Shown one piece after another: positions 9,074 through 16,676 of a stretch of DNA of 64,000 bases. Within the stretch, counting starts at the first letter, position 1, and every line of letters starts with the position of its first letter. The notes under the pieces are model-generated. The model did not search any database and was not told where the DNA came from. It saw only the letters and a list, made by a program, of their open reading frames with translations. A program made the position numbers and the translations under genes. The stretch is taken from positions 8,077-72,076 of the forward strand of contig DASYPP010000047.1 in NCBI GenBank assembly GCA_036006525.1, written 5' to 3'. The stretch is from Gemmatimonadales bacterium. GTDB lineage: Bacteria > Gemmatimonadota > Gemmatimonadetes > Gemmatimonadales > GWC2-71-9.

Positions 9074-10450
9074 CTAGTACCGCCCCAGATAACTATCGAT
9101 CTCCCACTTGCTCACCTGCAGGTTGTACTGCAGCACCTCCGCCTTCTTCGCCTCGATGAACCGCTCCGTGAGATGCTCGCCCAGCGCCGCCGTGATCACC
9201 GGGTCCTTCTCGAAGTACTCCAGCGCCTCGTGCAGATCCCGCGGCAGCTCGTCGATCTTGAACTTCCGCCGGTCCCGGTGGCTCATCTCGAAGATGTTCC
9301 GGTTCACCGGCTCCCGCGCGGTCATCTTCTTCTCGATTCCATCGAGGCCCGCGGCCAGCTGCACCGTCAGCGCCAGGTAGGGATTGGCGGACGGATCCGG
9401 CATCCGGAGCTCGCAGCGGGTGCCCAGCCCCCGCCGGTCCGGAATCCGGATCAGCGGCGAACGGTTCCGCATGCTCCACGCGACGTTGACCGGTGCCTCG
9501 TAACCCGGCACCAGCCGCTTGTAGCTGTTGATCAGGGGGTTGGTGATGGCGCAGAAACCCTGGGCGTGCTGCAGCAACCCTTCGATATACTGCAACGCGA
9601 CCTTGGACAGTTTGCTCTCGGTCTTGGGATCGAAGAAGGCGTTGTCCTTCCCCTTGAACAGCGACTGGTGGGTGTGCATCCCGCTGCCGTTCTGGCCCTG
9701 GATCGGCTTGGGCATGAACGACGCCACGAAACCGTAGCGGTGCGCCACGTCGCGCACGATGAACTTGAAGGTCGCGATGTTGTCGGCCGTGGTCAGCGCG
9801 TCGGCGTACTTGAAATCGATCTCGTGCTGGCCCTCGGCCACCTCGTGGTGGGCCGCTTCTACTTCGAAGCCCATCATCTCCAGCTGCTCCACGATCACTC
9901 GCCGGATCTCCTCGCCCTTGTCCACCGGGGTGAGATCGAAATAGGCCCCGGAGTCATGGGTATTCGTGGTGGCCGCGCCCTCGGGATCCTTTTCGAACAG
10001 GAAGAACTCCGCCTCGCACCCCGCCATCATCGCATATCCCATCCGCCGCGCCTTTTCCACCTGCCGCTTCAGCGTCATCCGGGGACAGCCGGGGAAGGGC
10101 TTCTCGTCCGGGGTGTAGATATCGCAGAGCAACCGCGCTACCCGGCCGCCTTCATCCTCGTAGGGAAGGATCCGGAACGTGTCCAGCTCGGGCTTGAGCA
10201 GCATGTCGCTCTCTTCGATCCGGACGAACCCCTCGATCGACGAGCCGTCGAACATGATCTCCCCTTCCAGCGCCTTTTCAAACTGGCTCCGGGGGACCTC
10301 GACGTTCTTGTTGACGCCCAGGATGTCGGTGAATTGCAGCCGCAGAAAGTCGACCCCGAACTGGTTAGCCAGTTTCATGACGTCGGACTTCTTGCTGCCG
10401 GAGAGACTCTTGGGGAATTCGGTAATGCTCGGGCGGGGGCGGGCAGCCAT
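9074..10450 (-). CDS. glnA: Glutamine synthetase type I
   Basis: FDGSSIEGF, KPIQGQNGSGMHTHQSL and NRSPLIRIP signatures. ATG 10450 is preceded by GGAG 7 nt upstream. The upstream 64 codons of ORF 9074..10642 look non-coding. Confidence 0.9.
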   Translation of the reverse strand: MAARPRPSITEFPKSLSGSKKSDVMKLANQFGVDFLRLQFTDILGVNKNVEVPRSQFEKALEGEIMFDGSSIEGFVRIEESDMLLKPELDTFRILPYEDEGGRVARLLCDIYTPDEKPFPGCPRMTLKRQVEKARRMGYAMMAGCEAEFFLFEKDPEGAATTNTHDSGAYFDLTPVDKGEEIRRVIVEQLEMMGFEVEAAHHEVAEGQHEIDFKYADALTTADNIATFKFIVRDVAHRYGFVASFMPKPIQGQNGSGMHTHQSLFKGKDNAFFDPKTESKLSKVALQYIEGLLQHAQGFCAITNPLINSYKRLVPGYEAPVNVAWSMRNRSPLIRIPDRRGLGTRCELRMPDPSANPYLALTVQLAAGLDGIEKKMTAREPVNRNIFEMSHRDRRKFKIDELPRDLHEALEYFEKDPVITAALGEHLTERFIEAKKAEVLQYNLQVSKWEIDSYLGRY

Positions 10451-10710
10451 CACGGCACTCCAGGGTCGGGGGGTGGAACAAGGAGGCGGCAATGTAATGG
10501 TGTCACCGGGAGATTGCAAAATCTGCAGGAAATCGGGAGTTTGTTGCCGGTTCCCAGGCTCGGTCACCGCGAAATGCGACAGATTGAATGCAGGAAGTGC
10601 AGTTCCTGGCGGGTCCCGCCTCCCGGCTCGCGAGCTGTCCAAAGCCCGGCTCCTGGAGCGACATAGGGCAGGCGGCGAACACCGCTCAACCTCTGAAACG
10701 GAGCTTTTCG

Positions 10711-11100
10711 ATGCGATACATCCTGATGGACTACGTCCGCGAGGCCGGCTTCCCCCAGCTCACCGAGGCGGAAAAGGAATACTGGCTCGGCGCTTACCGG
10801 GCCTACGTGGAGGCGATGAAGAAGGACGGCATCCTGCTGAACAGCACCGGCCTCCAGCCCACCACGGCCGCGACGACGGTTCGGACCGTGGAAGGCAAGA
10901 CTCAGGTGCTGGACGGCCCCTACGCCGACTCGAAGGAGCAGCTGGGTGGCTTTCACATCATCGAGGTGGCCGACCTGGATGCCGCCATCGGCTGGGCCGC
11001 CCGCTGTCCGACCGCCAGTCACGGCATCGTCGAGGTGCGCCCCCTCATGGACCGATCTGACGACCCCCAGGTCCAGCGCCTGATCGACGCCCGCCCTTGA
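10711..11100 (+). CDS. YCII-related domain protein
   Basis: MRYILMDY..DGPYADSKEQLGGFHIIEV pattern typical of the YciI/DGPF family. Start taken at the internal ATG. Confidence 0.75.
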   Translation: MRYILMDYVREAGFPQLTEAEKEYWLGAYRAYVEAMKKDGILLNSTGLQPTTAATTVRTVEGKTQVLDGPYADSKEQLGGFHIIEVADLDAAIGWAARCPTASHGIVEVRPLMDRSDDPQVQRLIDARP

Positions 11101-11145
11101 CCGGGCAGCGACACGACCCTTCCCACGACCGAAACGAGGAAATCC

Positions 11146-11703
11146 ATGCGACGAATAGTGGTTTTCAACCTGGTATCGTTGGACGGTTACATTGCGGACC
11201 AGAACGGCGACATGAGCTGGGCCCACCGGCAGGACCCGGAGTGGAACACGTTCGTCACCGGGAACGCCAAGGGCGAAGGTGCGCTCTTGTTCGGCCGGGT
11301 CACTTACGAGATGATGGCGAGCTGGTGGCCCACGCCCCAGGCGATCCAGGCCATGCCCGCGGCCGCGGAGTGGATGAACCATGCGCCGAAGCTGGTCGTC
11401 TCGAAAACGCTCAAGAAGGCGACGTGGAACAACTCCACCCTGCTGAAAGGGGACCTGGTGCCGGCCCTGACGAAGTTGAAGAAGGAGTCGGGACCGGACT
11501 TCGTGGTCTTCGGGAGCGGGACCGTCATCGCGCAACTGGCCGAGCACGGGATGATCGACGAGTACCAGGTCGTGGTGAACCCCATCGTGCTGGGCCGGGG
11601 GAAGTCGATGTTCGACGGGGTCACCAGGCGAACGAACCTCAAGCTGACCCGGACCCGGATCTTCGGTAACGGGAACGCCCTGCTGTGCTACGAGCCGATG
11701 TAG
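11146..11703 (+). CDS. Dihydrofolate reductase-like (RibD C-terminal domain) protein
   Basis: MRRIVVFNLVSLDGYIAD..LLFGRVTYEMM..VFGSG pattern. Confidence 0.75.
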   Translation: MRRIVVFNLVSLDGYIADQNGDMSWAHRQDPEWNTFVTGNAKGEGALLFGRVTYEMMASWWPTPQAIQAMPAAAEWMNHAPKLVVSKTLKKATWNNSTLLKGDLVPALTKLKKESGPDFVVFGSGTVIAQLAEHGMIDEYQVVVNPIVLGRGKSMFDGVTRRTNLKLTRTRIFGNGNALLCYEPM

Positions 11704-12944
11704 TGGCGGATGAGGCCGGCGACGCCCGGGCTCGCGACACGGCGGACGCCGTCGCGCGGCGCAGCTACGGCAAGCTGATCGCCTTTCTCGGTGCCCGCAC
11801 CCGGGACCTGGCCGAGGCGGAGGACGCCCTGTCGGAGGCGTTCGCGGCGGCGCTGGCCAGTTGGCCGCTCAAGGGGTGTCCGGCGAACCCCGAAGCCTGG
11901 CTGCTCACCGTCGCCCGCCGCAGACTGATCGACGGCGCCCGGCACAGCAGCCGGGGCGAGATCGCCACCGCACAGCTACAGATCGTCGCCGAGGGGCTCG
12001 ACGCGGCCGCGGCGGATGGAATCCCCGACCGCCGCCTCGCCCTGATGTTCGCCTGCGCCCACCCGGCGATCGAAGCCGGGATCCGCGCGCCGCTGATGCT
12101 GCAGGTGGTGCTTGGGCTTGATGCCAAGGCCATCGCGTCGGCTTTCCTCACCTCGCCAGCCGCGATGGGGAAGCGACTGGTCAGGGCCAAGGACAAGCTG
12201 CGCCAGGCCGGCATTCCCTTCAGCGTCCCCGAGCGCGAGGAGCTTCCCGGCCGGCTCGACACCGTGCTGGACGCGATCTACGCCGCTTTTGCCGAAGGGT
12301 GGACCGACCCGGGTGGGACCGATACCGCCCGGCGCAACCTCACCGACGAAGCCCTGTTCCTTGCCCGGCTGGTGAGCGAACTGCTCCCCGAGGAGCCGGA
12401 GGCGCTGGGCCTGCTGGCCCTCATGCTGCACGCCGAAGCTCGCCGCTCCTCCCGGCGCAACGGGCAGGGTGAATACGTGCCGCTCGCCCAGCAGGATCCG
12501 GCAACGTGGGACTGGCAGATCATTGGTGTCGCGGAGGCGCTGCTGCAGCGCGCCAGCGCCCTGAGCTCCATCGGCCGCTACCAGTTGGAGGCCGCGCTGC
12601 AGTCCGCGCACGTCGCCCGCTGCCATGCCGGCCACACCAACTGGGCGGAGGTCGTGCAGCTTTACGACGCCCTGCTCGCACTCACCGGATCACCGGTGGT
12701 CGCCATCAATCGGGCGCTTGCCATAGCGGAGGTGCACGGCGCCCGGGCCGGACTGGAGGCCTTGCCCGAAGCCAGCGATCCACGACTCGCCGAGTACCAG
12801 CCCTTCTGGGCTGCGCGCGCGGAACTGCTCACCCGGACCGGCGCGATGGGGGAAGCCCGCAGCGCCTACGAGATCGCCATCGGTCTGGAGCGCGATCCCG
12901 CGGTTCGTCGCTTCCTGCAGCGGCGTCAGTCCGGGTTGGTATGA
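11685..12944 (+). CDS. ECF-type sigma-70 factor with long C-terminal extension
   Basis: Region-2-like DLAEAEDALSEAF and NPEAWLLTVARRRLID motifs. About 420 aa. It sits in the conserved trio with the YCII and DHFR-like genes and overlaps the upstream stop. Confidence 0.7.
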   Translation: MLRADVVADEAGDARARDTADAVARRSYGKLIAFLGARTRDLAEAEDALSEAFAAALASWPLKGCPANPEAWLLTVARRRLIDGARHSSRGEIATAQLQIVAEGLDAAAADGIPDRRLALMFACAHPAIEAGIRAPLMLQVVLGLDAKAIASAFLTSPAAMGKRLVRAKDKLRQAGIPFSVPEREELPGRLDTVLDAIYAAFAEGWTDPGGTDTARRNLTDEALFLARLVSELLPEEPEALGLLALMLHAEARRSSRRNGQGEYVPLAQQDPATWDWQIIGVAEALLQRASALSSIGRYQLEAALQSAHVARCHAGHTNWAEVVQLYDALLALTGSPVVAINRALAIAEVHGARAGLEALPEASDPRLAEYQPFWAARAELLTRTGAMGEARSAYEIAIGLERDPAVRRFLQRRQSGLV

Positions 12945-12977
12945 GTTTTTGGTGGGATTTGTAAGCGCGCGGGTTCT

Positions 12978-13253
12978 CTACCCCAGGCTCTCCAGCAGCT
13001 TCCATAACTCGGAGGGGCTGAACTCTCCGAACCGGTCATATACCGCCTGCTCGCTCCACTCCAGGAAGATCCACCCGGTGATCCGATGTCGGGCCCCGCT
13101 CACGAAATGCACCCGGCCCCGGGCATTGCCGCCCTGGCCGGTGGTTTCGAGGTAGACGCTCCACCGGGTCTCCCCACGAACCAGGTCGCCCAGGTGGCGG
13201 GCCCGCGGCGCATCGGGAAGCGGTACCTCTGGAGGGAGCTGAGGCTGGCCCAT
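12978..13253 (-). CDS. Hypothetical protein
   Basis: 91-aa ORF in an otherwise empty gap. No recognisable motif. Confidence 0.4.
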   Translation of the reverse strand: MGQPQLPPEVPLPDAPRARHLGDLVRGETRWSVYLETTGQGGNARGRVHFVSGARHRITGWIFLEWSEQAVYDRFGEFSPSELWKLLESLG

Positions 13254-13293
13254 ACTGCGCCTTTTTAGGGTTGTTGAAAGGTACGACGATCAA

Positions 13294-13325
13294 GGGAATG
13301 GGGGAATGAGGGATTGGGGGAACAC
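13294..13325. repeat. Octamer tandem GGGAATGG x4 (G-quadruplex motif)
   Basis: GGGAATGG GGGAATGA GGGATTGG GGGAACAC. Confidence 0.75.
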
Positions 13326-14120
13326 CATTACCTTCCCTGCGTGCCAGCCCCCCTGACCTGCCCAGTCTGCGGCGCCGAGAGCGCCGGCGGCAACTTCTGT
13401 CCCGGGTGCGGAAGCCCGCTCGCCCAGCGGACCTGCACCGCCTGCAGCGCGGCGTTATCCCCCGGCGCGCGGTTCTGCCACCGCTGCGGTCACCCGGCCG
13501 CCGGCGTCATTCGCCGCCAGGCCGAGCGGCGGGCCTGGGCGGTGGCCGGCAGCCTGGCGACCATCCTGATCCTGGTCATCGTCTGGTTCATGGTCCGCGG
13601 AGCCAAACCCGCCGCCGCGCCCGACATGGCCAACGTCGGCTCGGCCAGCGGCGCCCTGGGAACCGGCCAGGCGCCCGACATCAGCAGCATGACTCCCGAA
13701 GAACGCTTCACCCGGCTCTTCGAGCGGGTCACCCGGGCCGCTGAGGGCGGGGATTCCGCCCAGGTCTCCGCCTTTGTGCCGATGGCGCTGGGTGCTTACA
13801 GCCAGTTGCCCGCGATCAACAATGATGACCGCTTTCACGCCGCCATGCTCTACTTCATGATCGGTGAGTTCCCCGGCACCCTCGCCCTGGCCGACACCAT
13901 CCAGCAGAACATCCCGCGCCATCTCTTTGCTCCGGTTCTCCGGGGGACCGTCGCCGAGGCGCAAGGCGACAAGGCCGCCCTGGCCCGGAGCTACGCCGCC
14001 TTCCGGGCGAACTACGCGCTCGAGCAGCAGGCCGGACGCCAGGAGTACAGCGACCACCGGGAACTACTGGAACAATTCAAGCGCTCGGCGGACTCAGCCG
14101 CCCAACAGCGTGAGCAGTAA
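13314..14120 (+). CDS. Double zinc-ribbon membrane protein
   Basis: CPVCG..CPGCG..CTAC..CHRCG, then a TM helix (AWAVAGSLATILILVIVWFMV). The real start may be the GTG a few codons downstream. Confidence 0.6.
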   Translation: MGEHHYLPCVPAPLTCPVCGAESAGGNFCPGCGSPLAQRTCTACSAALSPGARFCHRCGHPAAGVIRRQAERRAWAVAGSLATILILVIVWFMVRGAKPAAAPDMANVGSASGALGTGQAPDISSMTPEERFTRLFERVTRAAEGGDSAQVSAFVPMALGAYSQLPAINNDDRFHAAMLYFMIGEFPGTLALADTIQQNIPRHLFAPVLRGTVAEAQGDKAALARSYAAFRANYALEQQAGRQEYSDHRELLEQFKRSADSAAQQREQ

Positions 14121-14199
14121 GAAGTGAGAAGTAAGAAGGAACCGACGGAATCTGAAATCAGGCTGTTGTCCTTCTCACTTCTTACTGCTTACCTCTTAC
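14110..14199. repeat. Oligomer-tandem palindrome (GTRAGMA heptamers)
   Basis: Left arm GTGAGCA GTAAGAA GTGAGAA GTAAGAA. Right arm TTCTCAC TTCTTAC TGCTTAC CTCTTAC. Confidence 0.85.
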
Positions 14200-14226
14200 G
14201 CAGGTGAAACCGATCCCAAGGCCAGA

Positions 14227-15072
14227 TTGATGTCTCAAGTCATTCGAGTCGCCCATAGTCCCGATTCCGACGACGCCTTCATGTTCTACGCGCTGGCGGA
14301 AGGAAAGATCGAAACCGGGAATCTCCAGTACGTCCACGAGCTCTCCGACATCGAGAGCTTGAACCGGCGCGCCCTCACCGGCGACCTCGAGGTGACGGCG
14401 GTCTCGATCCACGCCTACGCCTACCTGCACCGCACCTACGCGCTGCTCAACAGCGGGTCCTCCATGGGCGATGGGTACGGGCCACGCCTGGTAGCGCCGG
14501 CGTCCCCGCCGGGTGATCCCCGCCAGGCCATCCGGGGCAAGCGCGTCGCGGTCCCCGGCCTGCTCACCACGGCGTACCTCGCGCTCAAGCTCTACCAGCC
14601 CGACTTCCAGGCGGTGGTGATCCCGTTCGACCAGATCGAGGACGCGGTGCGCCAGGGCAGAGCCGACGTGGGTCTCCTGATCCATGAAGGCCAGCTCACT
14701 TACGCCGATGACGGATTCCAGCTGTGGGAAGACCTGGGCGCCTGGTGGCTCCGCGAAACCGGGCTTCCGCTCCCCCTGGGCGGCAACGTGGTCCGGCGCG
14801 ATTTGGGCGAGGCCGTGATCCAGCAAGTCGCCCGGGACCTCAAGGCCAGCATCGTTTACGCGCTGGAGCACCGCCGGCCGGCCCTGGAACATGCCCGGCA
14901 GTTCAACCGGGGGATCGGGGACGAGCGGACCGACACCTTCGTCGCCATGTATGTGAACCAGTGGACGGTGGATTATGGCCCCCGGGGCCGCCAGGCCGTC
15001 CAGGCCCTTTTGGACCGGGCCTGGGACGCGGGACTGGTCCCTGAGCAGGTAACCGTGGACTTTATCGGATAG
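14227..15072 (+). CDS. MqnA/MqnD-family (futalosine-pathway menaquinone / periplasmic-binding fold) protein
   Basis: The N-terminal IRVAHSPDSDDAFMFYAL..GDLEVTAVS pattern resembles the VitK2_biosynth family. Confidence 0.65.
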   Translation: MMSQVIRVAHSPDSDDAFMFYALAEGKIETGNLQYVHELSDIESLNRRALTGDLEVTAVSIHAYAYLHRTYALLNSGSSMGDGYGPRLVAPASPPGDPRQAIRGKRVAVPGLLTTAYLALKLYQPDFQAVVIPFDQIEDAVRQGRADVGLLIHEGQLTYADDGFQLWEDLGAWWLRETGLPLPLGGNVVRRDLGEAVIQQVARDLKASIVYALEHRRPALEHARQFNRGIGDERTDTFVAMYVNQWTVDYGPRGRQAVQALLDRAWDAGLVPEQVTVDFIG

Positions 15073-15120
15073 GTGGGCTAGCTCATTGACGCATCGGAAG
15101 TTGGCCCGTACCTTCACGCT

Positions 15121-16182
15121 ATGACCGAAGACCAGCACACCTCCATCATGGTAGTAGACGATGATGAGCCGATCCGGACCGCCCTGAAGAAGTACCTCAC
15201 CCAGCAGGGGTTCGAGGTAAGCACGGCCGGAAGCGGGGACGAGGCCCTTAAGCTGCTCCAGAAGCAAAAGATCGCCTGCATCCTGCTGGACGTGAAAATG
15301 CCCGGCATCAGCGGTGTTGATCTGGTCCCCCGGATCATGGATATCGAGCCCAACGCGGCCGTCCTCATGCTGACCGGGGTCAACGATGCCACCAGCGCCG
15401 CGCTCTGTATGCAGCGGGGAGCAATGGACTACCTCACCAAGCCCATCGAACTCTCCGAGCTATCCCGGGCCATCAACAGCGCTCTCCGCAAGCGGGGCAC
15501 CCAGCTGGAACAACAGAACCTGAACCAGTGGCTCAAGGAAGAAGTCGCGGTCCGGAGCTCCGAGGTCCGTAACGAGCGCGCCAAGCTGGAGCGGCTCTCG
15601 GTTGCCACGCTGGAAACGCTGGTCAACGCGCTGGAGGCAAAGGATCCGTACCTCCGGGGTCACTCGGCGCGGGTGGCGGACCTCTCCGCCATGATCGCCG
15701 CCGAGATGAAGCTGTCGGACGAGGTCATCGAACAGGTGCGGATGGCGGGACGGCTGCACGATATCGGCAAGATCGGCATCCGGGAGGAAATCCTGAACAA
15801 GGAAGGACCGCTCACGGCCCAGGAGTATGAGCAGGTGAAGCAGCACGTCACGATCGGCTCGCAGATCCTGGCCCCGCTCGCCCACCTGCGCGATATCATC
15901 GGGTACGTGCGGAGCCATCATGAACGATGGGACGGGGAGGGCTACCCCGACAGCCTGAGCGGGGAAACGATTCCGCTGGGCGCGCGGGTGCTTTGCACTT
16001 CGGAGATTTACGACGCTCTCACTACGTCCCGGCCCTACCAGGAGAAGATGTCGCCCGACCTGGCGGTGCAGCGCATGCGGGACCTGGTGGGAAGCGTGCT
16101 GGATCCGGCAGTGCACCGGGCGTTGGAGGCGGTGGTCGGCCGGCGCCAGGCCCTGGTCTTCCTCGATGAATCCAAGGAGTGA
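15121..16182 (+). CDS. Response regulator with HD-GYP c-di-GMP phosphodiesterase domain
   Basis: Receiver domain (VVDDDEPIR..LLDVKMPGISG..KP), then HD (GRLHDIGKI) and HHERWDGEGYPD motifs. Confidence 0.85.
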   Translation: MTEDQHTSIMVVDDDEPIRTALKKYLTQQGFEVSTAGSGDEALKLLQKQKIACILLDVKMPGISGVDLVPRIMDIEPNAAVLMLTGVNDATSAALCMQRGAMDYLTKPIELSELSRAINSALRKRGTQLEQQNLNQWLKEEVAVRSSEVRNERAKLERLSVATLETLVNALEAKDPYLRGHSARVADLSAMIAAEMKLSDEVIEQVRMAGRLHDIGKIGIREEILNKEGPLTAQEYEQVKQHVTIGSQILAPLAHLRDIIGYVRSHHERWDGEGYPDSLSGETIPLGARVLCTSEIYDALTTSRPYQEKMSPDLAVQRMRDLVGSVLDPAVHRALEAVVGRRQALVFLDESKE

Positions 16183-16229
16183 CCCCCGGGAGTGGGGATT
16201 GCGACCCACCCCTCTGACAGGCGATGAAC

Positions 16230-16259
16230 GGCCGCCGGTTGGGCGGCTTCATTATTTTT
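16230..16259 (+). terminator. Hairpin plus T-rich tail between the HD-GYP gene and the REC gene
   Basis: GCCGCC-GGTTG-GGCGGC followed by TTCATTATTTTT. Confidence 0.4.
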
Positions 16260-16304
16260 CAACCTCATTGGGGACAGGCCCTTAGGCACCTCGGAAGGAT
16301 CGTC

Positions 16305-16676
16305 ATGGCTCAGGTGATTCTGGTCATAGAGGATGATCTGGATCAGCGGAGATTATTAGAGCGGATCCTGAGCAGCGCGGGTTACCGGGTGTTCTCCGCC
16401 CCGGATGGCCAGGCCGGCATCGATGCTGCCGCCGCGGTCCGCCCCGCACTCATCATTCTCGACGTGATGATGCCGCGGATGAATGGCTATCAGGCTTGCC
16501 GCGCACTGCGGCAGAACCTTGCAACCGCGGCGACTCCGATCCTCATGTTCACCCACAAGCAAGAACCGGCGGACCAGTTCTGGGCCAGTGAAGTGGGCGC
16601 CAGCGCTTTTCTCAACAAGCCGGTGGATGCGGCCGAACTGCTCGCCGTCGTGTCCAGCCTGGCCGGACCCGCGTGA
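16305..16676 (+). CDS. Stand-alone CheY-like receiver
   Basis: VILVIEDD..IILDVMMPRMNG..FTHK..NKP. ATG 16305 is preceded by GGAAGGA. Confidence 0.8.
   Translation: MAQVILVIEDDLDQRRLLERILSSAGYRVFSAPDGQAGIDAAAAVRPALIILDVMMPRMNGYQACRALRQNLATAATPILMFTHKQEPADQFWASEVGASAFLNKPVDAAELLAVVSSLAGPA

Noticed and set aside
10481-10499. AGGAGG, 5 nt, then ATG-TAA (a start-stop mini-ORF), followed by a Cys-rich reading frame in the glnA/YCII divergent region.
   Set aside because: The downstream frame has poor third-position G/C bias and runs out of frame through the YCII gene. It is probably a chance SD-like sequence in a regulatory region.
9173-10666. 497-aa ORF antisense to glnA.
   Set aside because: Same reasoning. 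The glnA frame carries the conserved GS-I signatures.
10451-10710. Looked for a sigma-54 (GG-N10-GC) promoter, an NtcA-type site or a glutamine riboswitch upstream of glnA.
   Set aside because: Only a short TGCA-N5-TGCA palindrome is present. No GG/GC -24/-12 pair and no recognisable riboswitch core was seen.
14182-15267. 361-aa ORF antisense to the MqnA/MqnD-like gene.
   Set aside because: It has no motif and its 5' end runs through the heptamer palindrome. The + strand frame has the family N-terminal motif.
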